NCBI GenBank assembly: GCA_049513575.1
Contig: JBEKVZ010000013.1
Coordinates: forward strand, 22,062-86,061
DNA length: 64,000 nucleotides
Source of the DNA: Gemmatimonadales bacterium
Lineage (GTDB): Bacteria; Gemmatimonadota; Gemmatimonadetes; Gemmatimonadales; JACORV01
Direction: 5' to 3'
Position 1 is the first letter of the stretch. Each line of letters begins with the position of its first letter. Below the pieces are notes generated by a model. The model was not told the DNA's origin and did not search any database. It was given only the letters and a program-made list of their open reading frames with translations. Shown one piece after another: positions 1 to 9,254 of this stretch. A program made the translations under genes and the position numbers.

Positions 1-1093
1 GTCCGACCGGATCGGGGGGAAGAAGGCGATCCTCATCGGCGCGGTGGGCACCGCCGCCCTGAACCTGGTGATCGGCCTCCTGTTCCTGGGCGGGTGGCAG
101 ACCAAGATCGTGGTCGGGATGTCGCTGCTCTTCGCCGTGAGCCAGTACTTCCAGTCGTACGGGGCGATGTCCATCGTGAAGGCGAACGCGCCGTGGTTCC
201 ACGTGCGGGAGCGAGGCGTGTTCGGCGGGATCTTCGGCGTGATGATCTCGAGCGGCTACCTCCTCGCGCTCGGCGTGGGCGGGTGGATCCTCGCCCATTT
301 CGCCTGGTACTGGGTTTTCCTGATCCCGTCTGCCGCCATCGGCTTCATGGCCGTGGTAGACGCGGTCCTGGTAAGGAACACGCCGGCGGAGGCCGGTTTC
401 CCGAACATCGACACCGAGGACGCGACGGCGCACGATGCGGACCGCGACAAGCCCGTTGATTGGCACCATCTCGTGACGCGCATCTTCACCAACCCCATCA
501 TCATCACGCTGGCGGTGGCGGAGTTCTGCACGGGGTTTGTCCGTCAGGGGCTGATGCTGTGGTTCGTGCCGTTCCTCAAGGAAGTGCACCACATCACCCC
601 GGGGACCGGTCTGTTCGCCGTCGCGTCGTTCGGCATCACGGTCGGCGGGATCGTGGGCGCCCTCCTGGCCGGCTACATGTCGGACCGCCTGTTCCAGTCG
701 CGGCGGCCGCCGGTCGCGCTGGTCTTCTACCTCGCCCAGATCGTGTGCCTCTTGATCCTCGGGCAGGCGGCGCCGGTTCTGGCCGCCTACATGATCGGCA
801 TCACCTGCATCTGGATCTTCGGCGTGCACGGGATGCTGACCGGCACGGCCTCGATGGACTTCGGCGGCTCGAAGGGGGCGGCAACGGTCGCGGGGATGCT
901 GGACGGCGTGCAGTACCTCGCCTCGGGCCTCACGGGCTTCCTGCTGGGGCACTTCCTCGACAAGTGGGGCTGGGGCGTGTGGACCTGGATGCTCATGCCG
1001 TTCTCGCTCGTCGGCGCGATCCTGATGGTCCGGCTCTGGAACGAGACGCCGTTGCGGGGCAGGGCGCCGCAGGCGGCCGCGGCGACGAGCTAG
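1..1093 (+). CDS. MFS transporter, GlpT/UhpC-like (5' truncated by window edge)
   Basis: Many hydrophobic helices; MFS motifs 'WFHVRERG' and 'GYMSDRLFQSRR', 'GAATVAGMLDGVQYL'; frame is open to window start. Confidence 0.8.
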   Translation, partial: SDRIGGKKAILIGAVGTAALNLVIGLLFLGGWQTKIVVGMSLLFAVSQYFQSYGAMSIVKANAPWFHVRERGVFGGIFGVMISSGYLLALGVGGWILAHFAWYWVFLIPSAAIGFMAVVDAVLVRNTPAEAGFPNIDTEDATAHDADRDKPVDWHHLVTRIFTNPIIITLAVAEFCTGFVRQGLMLWFVPFLKEVHHITPGTGLFAVASFGITVGGIVGALLAGYMSDRLFQSRRPPVALVFYLAQIVCLLILGQAAPVLAAYMIGITCIWIFGVHGMLTGTASMDFGGSKGAATVAGMLDGVQYLASGLTGFLLGHFLDKWGWGVWTWMLMPFSLVGAILMVRLWNETPLRGRAPQAAAATS

Positions 1094-1365
1094 AGCGGCT
1101 CCTCGAGGAACCGCACGGCCAGCTGGGCCAGGCGGTCGTTCTGCTCCGCGCGCGCCTCGCGCAGGATGCGCTCGACGTGGGGCCTGAGCTTCGGCTCGCC
1201 CCACCGGTAACCGGTGGCCCGCTCCGCGCCGTAGGAATCCCCGACGTCCGCCCCCTCCAGCAGCGCCGACGCGGCGGCCGCGTCGTAGCCCGGGTCGTCG
1301 CGCCGGGGCAGCACGTAGCGGCGCTCGGGACCGCCGTCGTCTTCCTTGACGAATGCGCGGGACAC
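1090..1365 (-). CDS. Small hypothetical protein with 'MSRAFVKEDD' N-terminus
   Basis: 91-aa ORF immediately downstream of the kinase on the same strand; N-terminal motif resembles that of some GreA/GreB-like proteins. Confidence 0.6.
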   Translation of the reverse strand: MSRAFVKEDDGGPERRYVLPRRDDPGYDAAAASALLEGADVGDSYGAERATGYRWGEPKLRPHVERILREARAEQNDRLAQLAVRFLEEPL

Positions 1366-1368
1366 GGC

Positions 1369-3633
1369 CTAGCCGAGGTTGAGCTGGGTGAGGAGCGCGC
1401 GGAAGCGCGGGTGGCCGCGCACCGTGTCGTAGATCGGGTGGATCTTGAGCCAGACGAGGTCAGCCGCCCGGAGCGCGGCGGCTTCCTCGAGCCGCTCCAG
1501 TGCCGCTTCGGGGTTGCCCAGCCCGATGTGGATCTGCGCGAGGAGCGCCGGCGAGACGTAGCCCCCGCGCGAACGCCGCTCCAGCTCGCCGAGGAGCCGC
1601 TCGGCCTCGTCGCGGTGGTAGGCGAGCGCGTGCGCCGTCGCCAGGGCCGCCTCGGTCTCCGCGCTGCCGCCCTGGAGCGTCACCGCGCGCTCCAGCGAGC
1701 CGATCGCCTCGTCGTAACGACCCATCGCGATGTGGACGTGGCCGAGGAAGTAGTGCGCGGTCCCGAAGTCGCCGTTCAGCTCGAGCGTTTCCCGCAGCGC
1801 CCCGGCCGCGGACGCCAGCTCCCGTTCGTAGAAGTGGCACAGCCCCACACTCATGTGCACGGCGAGCGACAGCGGGTCCAGCGCGAGCGCTCGCTCCAGC
1901 TCGGAGCGCGCCGAGACGAACTTGGCTTGCGGCACCAGGCAGTTCATCGCGTACCACTGGTGCGCCGTCGCGTACTGCGGGTTGTGGGCGATCGCGCGCC
2001 GGAAGCCGGCGTCCGCCGCCGCCCAATCCCATTCGTACAGCGCGCGGACGCAGGCCAGCGACGTGTGCGCTTCGGCCAGCGACGCGTCGACCGCCAGCGC
2101 CTGCTCGGCGGCGGCCTTCGCCTTGGGCATCACCTCGCCCGGCGGCCGGTGGCTGTACACGCCGAGGATGACGTAGGAGTCGGCGATCCCGGCGTACGAC
2201 TGCGCGTGCCTGGAATCGATGCCCAGCGCCCTGGAGAACTCCTCGACGCTGGCCTCGAGCGCTGCGGGGGTGCGCTGGTTCCACTGGTGGCGGCCCCGCA
2301 GGTAGTGCTGATACGCCTTGGGATCGCCGGTGGGGGTCGGCTCGGTCGCGTACGCCTTCGGCGCGCCGAGTAGCTTGGCTTCGAGCACGTCGGCGATGGC
2401 GCTGGAGATCTCATCCTGGATGGCGAAGATGTCGTCCACCTGCCGGTCGTAGCGCTCCGACCAGAGGCGGTAGCCGTCCGGGACGTTCACCAGTTCGGCG
2501 GTGAGGCGGACGCGGTTGCCCGAGCGCCGCACGCTCCCTTCCAGGACCGTCCCCACGCCCAGCCTCCGGCCGATCTCGCGCACGTCCTCCTGCTTCCCCT
2601 TGAAGGCGAAGGCCGAAGCGCGCGCCACGACCCGGAGGCCGTCGAGCTTCGAGAGCGCGTTGGTCAGCTCCTCGGCGATCCCGTCGCTGAACACCTCGCT
2701 GTCGGGGTCGCCGCCCGCGTTGGTGAACGGGAGCACCGCGATCGAGGGCCCCCGGTCCCTTTCGCCGACCCCGGCGCGCCGCGCCCCGCCGCCCTCGCCG
2801 GGCGGCGCCAGCTCCAGCGCGGCCGCGAACTCCGCCGCGGTCGAATAGCGGTCTTCCGCTTTGGCGGCCAGCGCGCGCTCCAGGACCGCGTCCAGTTCCG
2901 GCGGCGTGTCATCGCGGCGGGCCCGGAGCGGCGGCACCGCATCCACGAGTTTCTGGGCCGTGATGGCCATCGGGGAGTCGCCGGTGAAGGGCGGGGCGCC
3001 GGCGAGCATCTCGTAGAGCACGCACGCCGCCGAGTAGAGGTCGCTGCGCACGTCCACGGGGTCGCCCATCGCCTGCTCAGGGCTCATGTACACCGGAGTC
3101 CCTATGACGAGGCCGGTCTCCTCCGGAGTCCCGGCGTGTCCCGAATGCAGTGCCAGGGCGATGCCAAAGTCGGTCACCAGCGCCGCGTCCTCGTACAGCA
3201 TGATGTTCTCGGGCTTGATGTCCCGGTGGACCAGCCCGCGGCGGTGCGCGTAGTCGAGCGCCCCCACGACCTCCCGCGCGATCTTCAGCGCTTCGGCCAC
3301 GGGGAGGTGCCGCTCGCCGAGCAGCCGCTCGCGCAAGGTCGGACCCTCGACGTACGGCATCACGTAGTAGACGATCCCGTCGGCCTCGCCCGAGTCGTAC
3401 AGCGGCAGGATGTGGGGGTGGGTCAGCGCCGCAGCGATCTCGATCTCGACCAGGAAGCGCTGCGCCTCCATCGAGGCGGCCAGCTCGGGGCGGAGGGTCT
3501 TGAGCGCGATGTGGCGGTGATGCCGGCGGTCTTCGGCGAGATAGACGGTGGCCATCCCGCCGGCCCCGAGCTCACGCTCGATGGCGTACCGGTCGGCCAC
3601 CGCGAGGCGCAGTCGCTCCAAGGCGTCGGTCAT
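1369..3633 (-). CDS. Hanks-type Ser/Thr protein kinase with TolB-N-like and TPR domains
   Basis: LGAGGMATVY, HRDIKPEN, DFG and GTPVYMSPEQ kinase motifs; 'SIAVLPF..FSDGIAEEL' domain; TPR helices; start placed at MTDALERL (3633). Confidence 0.92.
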   Translation of the reverse strand: MTDALERLRLAVADRYAIERELGAGGMATVYLAEDRRHHRHIALKTLRPELAASMEAQRFLVEIEIAAALTHPHILPLYDSGEADGIVYYVMPYVEGPTLRERLLGERHLPVAEALKIAREVVGALDYAHRRGLVHRDIKPENIMLYEDAALVTDFGIALALHSGHAGTPEETGLVIGTPVYMSPEQAMGDPVDVRSDLYSAACVLYEMLAGAPPFTGDSPMAITAQKLVDAVPPLRARRDDTPPELDAVLERALAAKAEDRYSTAAEFAAALELAPPGEGGGARRAGVGERDRGPSIAVLPFTNAGGDPDSEVFSDGIAEELTNALSKLDGLRVVARASAFAFKGKQEDVREIGRRLGVGTVLEGSVRRSGNRVRLTAELVNVPDGYRLWSERYDRQVDDIFAIQDEISSAIADVLEAKLLGAPKAYATEPTPTGDPKAYQHYLRGRHQWNQRTPAALEASVEEFSRALGIDSRHAQSYAGIADSYVILGVYSHRPPGEVMPKAKAAAEQALAVDASLAEAHTSLACVRALYEWDWAAADAGFRRAIAHNPQYATAHQWYAMNCLVPQAKFVSARSELERALALDPLSLAVHMSVGLCHFYERELASAAGALRETLELNGDFGTAHYFLGHVHIAMGRYDEAIGSLERAVTLQGGSAETEAALATAHALAYHRDEAERLLGELERRSRGGYVSPALLAQIHIGLGNPEAALERLEEAAALRAADLVWLKIHPIYDTVRGHPRFRALLTQLNLG

Positions 3634-3738
3634 GATCGGGCGGCAACGTAGCCCCGGCCCACGGCCGCGTCCAGCGGCGGGCATGGCGGCCCGGCCGCTT
3701 TCCGCCGGCCCGGGCGGGTGCTAGGTTCGCTGCCACCG

Positions 3739-4674
3739 ATGCCGCACCGACCCGGGCCCTCCGCCCCGCCCACCCTCCTGATCCTCAACCCCGCCAGCGG
3801 GCGGGGGAGGGGCCGCAAGCTGCGCACGCGCATCGAGCGCGCGATGCACGCGGCCGGCGTCAAGTTCGAGCTGGTGGAGACCACGGGCCCCGGCCACGCG
3901 CTGGGGATCGCCCGCGACGCCGCCCACGCGCACGTCGAGCGGATCATCTGCGCCGGAGGCGACGGGACGCTGCACGAGGCGGCGAACGGCCTCCTCCAGG
4001 GGCCGCGCGCCGAGGACGGCGCGACCCGCACCGCGCTCGGCACCATCCCGATCGGCACCGGCAACGACTTCGCCAAGCTGCTCGGCGTGTTCAAGCTCCC
4101 GCCCGAGACGGCCGCCGTGCGCATGGCGCACGCGGAGCCCCGCCGCTTCGACGTCGGCCGCGTCATCGGCGAGTACTACATCAACTCGCTGGGAATCGGC
4201 TTCGACGCGGAGGCAGTGCGGCAATCCAACAAGATCACTCGGCTCAGCGGAATAGCCGTCTACCTGGTCGCGGTGTACAAGACGTTCGTCCTGTTCCGCG
4301 CACCGGTGCTGGAGGTGACCTCGGAGGCGCACAACGAGACCGGCCCGATGATGATGCTCGAGTGCTCCATCGGCGTGAGCGCGGGCGGCGGCTTCTACCT
4401 GACGCCGCAGGCCGATCCGTCCGACGGGCTGCTCGACGTCTGCCTCATCCGGAAGGTGGGTCTGCTCAAGTTCCTGCGGTACGTGCCGCGGGTGCTCAAC
4501 GGCACGCACGTGACCCTCGACGAGGTGGCGATGTTCCGCACGGCGTCGGTCCGGATCCGGTCGACGGAGGAGCCGCTCCTGCTGCACCTCGACGGCGAGC
4601 TGCGCCAGCCGGAGTCGCCCGAGATCGAGGTGACGCTCGAGCCCAGGCGCCTGCGCGTGCTGGTGGGGCGATGA
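3739..4674 (+). CDS. Diacylglycerol/lipid kinase family protein (YegS/DagK-like)
   Basis: NPASG, GGDGTLHE, PIGTGNDFA and LDGE motifs. Confidence 0.9.
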   Translation: MPHRPGPSAPPTLLILNPASGRGRGRKLRTRIERAMHAAGVKFELVETTGPGHALGIARDAAHAHVERIICAGGDGTLHEAANGLLQGPRAEDGATRTALGTIPIGTGNDFAKLLGVFKLPPETAAVRMAHAEPRRFDVGRVIGEYYINSLGIGFDAEAVRQSNKITRLSGIAVYLVAVYKTFVLFRAPVLEVTSEAHNETGPMMMLECSIGVSAGGGFYLTPQADPSDGLLDVCLIRKVGLLKFLRYVPRVLNGTHVTLDEVAMFRTASVRIRSTEEPLLLHLDGELRQPESPEIEVTLEPRRLRVLVGR

Positions 4675-5186
4675 CGCGCTGGCTGGTCGTCCTCGCTTTC
4701 GCGGCCGTGCCGCTCGCCGCGCAGAACCCGCCCTCGCCCTCGGCGCGCGCCCCGCAGCCGGCGGCGGCGGACACCGCGCAGCGCGACACCGCTGCGCCGC
4801 GGCCGACCAGGGGCGACTCCGTGCGTCCGGTGCCGCCGGTCACGCCCGGCGGCGCATTCCTGCGCTCGCTCATCATCCCGGGGTGGGGGCAGGCGCGGCT
4901 GGGGCGGAACGTGACCGGCGGGATCTTCCTGCTGTGGGAGGGCGTCTGCGCCACGATGGTCTGGAAGACGGTGTGGCAGCTCAACTACGCGCAGGAGCGT
5001 GGGAAGTTCATTGCCTCGCACACCCAGGAGCGCGAGGACTGGATCGTGCTGCTCGTCTTCAACCATCTGCTCGCGGGCGCCGAGGCGTACGTCTCGGCGA
5101 ACCTCTACGACTTCCCGGCGGCCCTCAAGATCCAGACCCTGCCCGGGGGGCGCACGGGGGTCGGCGTGAGTGTGCCGCTCAAGTGA
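4671..5186 (+). CDS. Exported/membrane hypothetical protein (DUF5683-like)
   Basis: Signal peptide; 'AFLRSLIIPGWGQ' motif; 4-nt overlaps with both neighbours. Confidence 0.65.
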   Translation: MTRWLVVLAFAAVPLAAQNPPSPSARAPQPAAADTAQRDTAAPRPTRGDSVRPVPPVTPGGAFLRSLIIPGWGQARLGRNVTGGIFLLWEGVCATMVWKTVWQLNYAQERGKFIASHTQEREDWIVLLVFNHLLAGAEAYVSANLYDFPAALKIQTLPGGRTGVGVSVPLK

Positions 5187-5989
5187 ACCGCCGGCCCATC
5201 GGCGTCTTCGACTCGGGCATCGGCGGGCTCACGGTCGTCCGGGAGCTGATGCACCAGCTCCCCCACGAGTCGCTCATCTACTTCGGCGACACGGCCCGCG
5301 TGCCGTATGGCAACAAGTCTCCGGCGACCGTGCGACGGTTCAGCCGCGAGATCCTGGATTTCCTCCTCGAGCGCGAGGTGAAGCTGGTGGTGGTGGCGTG
5401 CAACACCGCCAGCGCGCACGCGCTCGAGGAGTTGCAGCGCGTGGCCGCCGTGACGGTCGAAGGGGTGATCGAGCCCGGGGCGCGGGCCGGCGTGGCGGCG
5501 AGCCGGAGCGGCCGGATCGGCGTGATCGGCACCGCCGGCACCATCGCCAGTGGCGCCTACGAGCGCGCGATCCGCGCCGTGGGCGGGAAGGTGGAGATCA
5601 CGGCGCGCGCCTGCCCGCTCTTCGTGCCGCTGGTCGAGGAAGGGTGGCTCGACCATCCCGCGTCCCGGCTGATCGCCGAGGAGTACCTCGCCCCGCTCCA
5701 GCGGCACCGCATCGACACGCTGGTGCTGGGCTGCACGCACTACCCGCTCCTGAAGCCGCTCATCGCCGACGTGCTCGGCCCCTCCATCACGCTGATCGAC
5801 AGCGCCGAGCAGACGGCGGCCGCGGTTGCCCGCGAGCTGGCGGCGTCCACCCTCCACGCGCCGACCACGCAGACGGGGCACGTCCACTTCGTCGTGTCCG
5901 ACGCGCCGCAGCAGTTCGTGAAAGTGGGGAAGCGGTTTCTGGGGGAGCGGGTCAAGGACGTCGAAGTCAGAGTGATGGGTGAGGGGTGA
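5183..5989 (+). CDS. murI: Glutamate racemase
   Basis: IGVFDSGIGGLTV, ACNTAS and LGCTHYP catalytic motifs; GTG start overlaps upstream stop. Confidence 0.96.
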   Translation: MNRRPIGVFDSGIGGLTVVRELMHQLPHESLIYFGDTARVPYGNKSPATVRRFSREILDFLLEREVKLVVVACNTASAHALEELQRVAAVTVEGVIEPGARAGVAASRSGRIGVIGTAGTIASGAYERAIRAVGGKVEITARACPLFVPLVEEGWLDHPASRLIAEEYLAPLQRHRIDTLVLGCTHYPLLKPLIADVLGPSITLIDSAEQTAAAVARELAASTLHAPTTQTGHVHFVVSDAPQQFVKVGKRFLGERVKDVEVRVMGEG

Positions 5990-6117
5990 GGCGTGAGAAG
6001 GCGAAGTGAGACGTGAGAGGTCGAGAGGCGTGAGAGGTGAGAAGGCGCCTCTCACCTCTCACTGAACCTCTCACGTTTCACTTGTCGCCGTCTCACGCGT
6101 CCCGCCTCACCTCTCAC
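5986..6117. repeat. Palindromic array of GTGAGA(G)/(C)TCTCAC units between convergent murI and lpxH
   Basis: Left arm has repeated GTGAG(A) units and right arm has TCTCAC/CTCAC units; perfect 13-bp core stem GTGAGAGGTGAGA/TCTCACCTCTCAC at 6030-6062. Confidence 0.85.
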
Positions 6118-6848
6118 CGATCCCACCGCACGAGCTTGATCTCCCTGTCGTCCACCAAGGCATACTGCCGGTCCACCATCCATTGCCCGGCGTTGAGATA
6201 GAACCGCCCGGGCCGATGCTCGACGAGAGCCTGGCGATGCGTATGCGCCATGATCACCAGGCCCAACTCCGGCCGCCGGTCCAGCAGGGCGCGCGCGTAC
6301 GCCTCCTGCGCCGCCGCCGCGCGAGCGATGGCCTCCTCAGACCGGTTCGCCTCCGCCAGCCCGCCTGAGAGCCGGTCCGCCAGCCAGAAGCCGAGATTGG
6401 GCGGCAGCAGCCGGAACGTGCCCACCGTCACCGGGTGCCGCGTGATCCGGTGGATCAGCCGCCCGCCCAGCTTGGTCTCGGTGAGGCCGTCGCCGTGCAC
6501 CACCCAGGACCGGCGGCCCGCCAGCTCCAGCTCCGCCCCCTCCGAGTGGAAGGGGATGCCGAGATCCGTGTCCCAGAAGGATCCACCCCACCGGTCGTGA
6601 TTGCCTCCGAAGAAGTGCACCTCGACCCCGGCCTCGACCAGCGCGGCGAGGCTGGCGAGGGTCCGGAACGGGCGCCGCGGAATCACCGCCCGATACTCGA
6701 ACCAGAAGTCGAACAGATCGCCCATGATGATGAGCCGACGGGCGAGGGAAGGGACGGTGGCGAGGAAGGCGTGGAACGCCCGCTCGTCCGCGCTGGCGGC
6801 AGATCCGAGGTGCGCATCCCCGACGACGACGACAGGTCCGGCGCTCAC
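6114..6848 (-). CDS. lpxH: UDP-2,3-diacylglucosamine hydrolase (calcineurin-like phosphoesterase)
   Basis: DAHLG, GDLFDFW, GNHD, HGD and AHTH metallophosphoesterase motifs; GTG start at 6848 inferred. Confidence 0.8.
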   Translation of the reverse strand: MSAGPVVVVGDAHLGSAASADERAFHAFLATVPSLARRLIIMGDLFDFWFEYRAVIPRRPFRTLASLAALVEAGVEVHFFGGNHDRWGGSFWDTDLGIPFHSEGAELELAGRRSWVVHGDGLTETKLGGRLIHRITRHPVTVGTFRLLPPNLGFWLADRLSGGLAEANRSEEAIARAAAAQEAYARALLDRRPELGLVIMAHTHRQALVEHRPGRFYLNAGQWMVDRQYALVDDREIKLVRWDR

Positions 6849-6890
6849 GGGGCACCAAGATGAAGGTGCCGCGGAAGGGGCGCAAGCGTT

Positions 6891-6931
6891 TGCTACGATT
6901 GACTTTTCGCGCGGGAGCACCTATCGTAGCA
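6891..6931. promoter_or_regulatory. sigma70-like promoter of the BMC operon overlapped by a 9-bp inverted repeat
   Basis: TTGACT (6899-6904), 17 bp, TATCGT (6922-6927); TGCTACGAT-N23-ATCGTAGCA; lies between divergent lpxH and BMC-H genes. Confidence 0.55.
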
Positions 6932-6969
6932 CGGCATCTTTCAAAACCGTGCCACCTGGGGGAGAAGCC

Positions 6970-7254
6970 ATGCCACTTGAAGCGCTTGGGCTCATTGAGA
7001 CCAAGGGCCTCGTCGGCTCGATCGAGGCGGCGGACGCCATGGTCAAGGCCGCCAACGTCAAGCTGATCGGCAAGGAGAAGGTGGGCGGCGGGTACGTGAC
7101 CGTGTTCGTGCGCGGCGACGTGGGGGCGGTGAAGGCCGCCACCGACGCCGGCGCGGCGGCCGCCGAGCGCGTCGGCGAGCTGGTTTCGGTGCACGTGATC
7201 CCGCGCCCGCACGCGGAACTGGAGCTGATCCTCCCGCAGTCCAGCTCGGAGTAG
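6970..7254 (+). CDS. BMC-H hexameric microcompartment shell protein (EutM/PduA-like)
   Basis: '[27 protein letters not shown]...GDVGAVKAA...VHVIPRPH'; GGAG RBS. Confidence 0.96.
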   Translation: MPLEALGLIETKGLVGSIEAADAMVKAANVKLIGKEKVGGGYVTVFVRGDVGAVKAATDAGAAAAERVGELVSVHVIPRPHAELELILPQSSSE

Positions 7255-7258
7255 CACC

Positions 7259-7708
7259 GTGTCCTGGACCGAGCAGGCCCTCGGCCTGATCGAGACCAGG
7301 GGGTTGGTCGGCGCGATCGAAGCGGCCGATGCCGGCATCAAGGCCGCGCCGGTCACGCTCCTCGGCTCCGAGCGGGTGGATGCCGCGCTGGTCACCGTGC
7401 TCTTCGCGGGGGACACGGCGTCGGTCAAGGCCGCGGTGGACGCGGGCTCGGCCGCCGCGTCGCGCGTGGGGGAGCTGGTCTCGGCGCACGTGATCCCGCG
7501 CCCCGATCCGCAGCTGGACGTCCTCGAGCACGACGCGGAGGACGGTGGTCCCGCCCGGCGCTCGGTCCCGCTCTCCGAGATGAAGGTCGTCGAGCTCCGC
7601 CACCGCGCCCGCCAGATGAAGGACTTCCCGCTCAAGGGGCGCGAGCTCTCGAGCGCGAACCGCGAAGAGTTGCTGGCGCTGTTCCGCCGGCTGGGGCACA
7701 GCACATAG
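7259..7708 (+). CDS. BMC-H shell protein with C-terminal helical extension (EutK/PduK-like architecture)
   Basis: BMC domain ([19 protein letters not shown]...HVIPRP) plus tail '[15 protein letters not shown]...[13 protein letters not shown]'. Confidence 0.9.
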   Translation: MSWTEQALGLIETRGLVGAIEAADAGIKAAPVTLLGSERVDAALVTVLFAGDTASVKAAVDAGSAAASRVGELVSAHVIPRPDPQLDVLEHDAEDGGPARRSVPLSEMKVVELRHRARQMKDFPLKGRELSSANREELLALFRRLGHST

Positions 7709-7727
7709 GCGCGGCTGAAGGGCGCTG

Positions 7728-9254
7728 ATGGACCGCGATCTCGCGTCCGTCCAGGAGGCCCGCGACCTCGTCCGCCGTGCGGATGAGGCTCAGCGGGCCT
7801 TCGCGCGCGTGACCCAGGCCGAGACCGATCGGGTGGTGGAGGCGATGGGGCGCGCGGCTTCGGCCGAGGCGGAGCGGCTGGCGCGGCTCGCGGTGGACGA
7901 GACGGGCATCGGCCGGTACGAGGACAAGATCCTCAAGAACCGCTTCGCCGCCGACGACGTGCTCCGCTACATCCTCCCCCTCAAGACCGTCGGCATCATC
8001 CGGGACCTCCCCGAGATCAAGGTGAAGGAGCTGGCGGTCCCGATGGGCGTGGTCGCCGCTTTGATCCCGGTGACCAATCCGACGTCCACGGCGATCTACA
8101 AGGCGCTGATCAGCGTGAAGGGGCGGAACGCGATCGTGATGAGCCCGCACCCGCGCGCGGTGAAGTGCGTCAACGAGGCGGTGCGGATCCTGGCCGACGC
8201 GGCCGAGCGCGCGGGGGCGCCGCGGGATCTCGTGCTGGCGATGTCGGCGCCGACGCTCGAGGGGACGCAGGAGCTGATGCGCCACCGGAAGACGGCGGTG
8301 ATCCTCGCCACCGGCGGCTCGGACATGGTCCGGGCGGCCTACAGCTCGGGGAAGCCGGCCTTCGGCGTGGGCCCCGGCAACGTCCCGGCGATCATCGAGC
8401 GCACGGCCGACGTGGCGAAGGCGGCGTCCGACATCGTGGCGGGGAAGAGCTTCGACAACGGGGTCCTCTGCTCGGCGGAGAACTCGGTCATCTGCGACGC
8501 GCCGGTGGACGCGGAGGCGCGCCGGGAGCTGAAGCGTCAGGGGGCGGTCTTCGTGGCGGGCGACGCGCGCGACGCGCTGCAGCAGGTGATGCAGGACTCG
8601 CGCACGGGCGGCATCTCCCACGCAATCGTGGGCCTGCCGGCGGCGGAGATCGCGGCGCGGGCGGGGCTCGACGTCCCGGCGGACACCCGGGCGCTGGTGG
8701 TGGAATGCCAGGCGGTGGGCACGGACGAGTTCTTCTCACGCGAGAAGCTCTCGCCCGTGCTGGCATACTACGTCGAGGACGGGTGGGAGAAGTGCTGCGA
8801 GCGCAGCATCGAGCTGCTGCAGTACGGCGGGGTCGGCCACTCGCTGGTGATCCACTCGCGCGACGAGCACGTGATCATGCGGTTCTTCGAGGAGAAGCCC
8901 GCGTTCCGCATCCTGGTCAACACGATGGCGGCGATGGGGGCCACGGGGTACACCACGGGGCTCGCCCCCGCGCTGACGCTGGGGCCGGGGACGCTCGGCG
9001 GCAGCAGCACGAGCGACAACATCAGCGCGCTCCATCTGATCAATGTGAAGAGACTGGCGTACGAGATACGGCCGTACCGGTCTGGACGCACGGACGCACA
9101 GACGCACGGAGGCACGGAGGCACGGACGCACGGAGGCACGGATACTGCCACGAAGGAACAGGCCGCGCCCGCCGCGCCGCTCTCCGCCGAAGACGTGCGC
9201 GCGATCGTGGAGGGATTCCTCGGCGCGCGCCAACTCACCCGTCGAGGCACCTGA
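7728..9254 (+). CDS. CoA-acylating aldehyde dehydrogenase (EutE/PduP-like) with C-terminal encapsulation peptide
   Basis: [29 protein letters not shown] (catalytic Cys) and REKLSPVL; amphipathic tail '[14 protein letters not shown]'. Confidence 0.93.
   Translation: MDRDLASVQEARDLVRRADEAQRAFARVTQAETDRVVEAMGRAASAEAERLARLAVDETGIGRYEDKILKNRFAADDVLRYILPLKTVGIIRDLPEIKVKELAVPMGVVAALIPVTNPTSTAIYKALISVKGRNAIVMSPHPRAVKCVNEAVRILADAAERAGAPRDLVLAMSAPTLEGTQELMRHRKTAVILATGGSDMVRAAYSSGKPAFGVGPGNVPAIIERTADVAKAASDIVAGKSFDNGVLCSAENSVICDAPVDAEARRELKRQGAVFVAGDARDALQQVMQDSRTGGISHAIVGLPAAEIAARAGLDVPADTRALVVECQAVGTDEFFSREKLSPVLAYYVEDGWEKCCERSIELLQYGGVGHSLVIHSRDEHVIMRFFEEKPAFRILVNTMAAMGATGYTTGLAPALTLGPGTLGGSSTSDNISALHLINVKRLAYEIRPYRSGRTDAQTHGGTEARTHGGTDTATKEQAAPAAPLSAEDVRAIVEGFLGARQLTRRGT
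9084..9139 (+). repeat. Tandem 8-bp repeat x7 (GGA[C/G]GCAC) in the aldehyde dehydrogenase linker
   Basis: ggacgcac ggacgcac agacgcac ggaggcac ggaggcac ggacgcac ggaggcac, read directly. Confidence 0.9.

Noticed and set aside
5986-6117. CRISPR array interpretation of the GTGAGA repeats (also 24921-25089 and 36845-36949)
   Set aside because: Units are 6-7 bp and inverted, or in-frame coding repeats; there are no constant 23-47-bp repeats with unique spacers and no cas genes.
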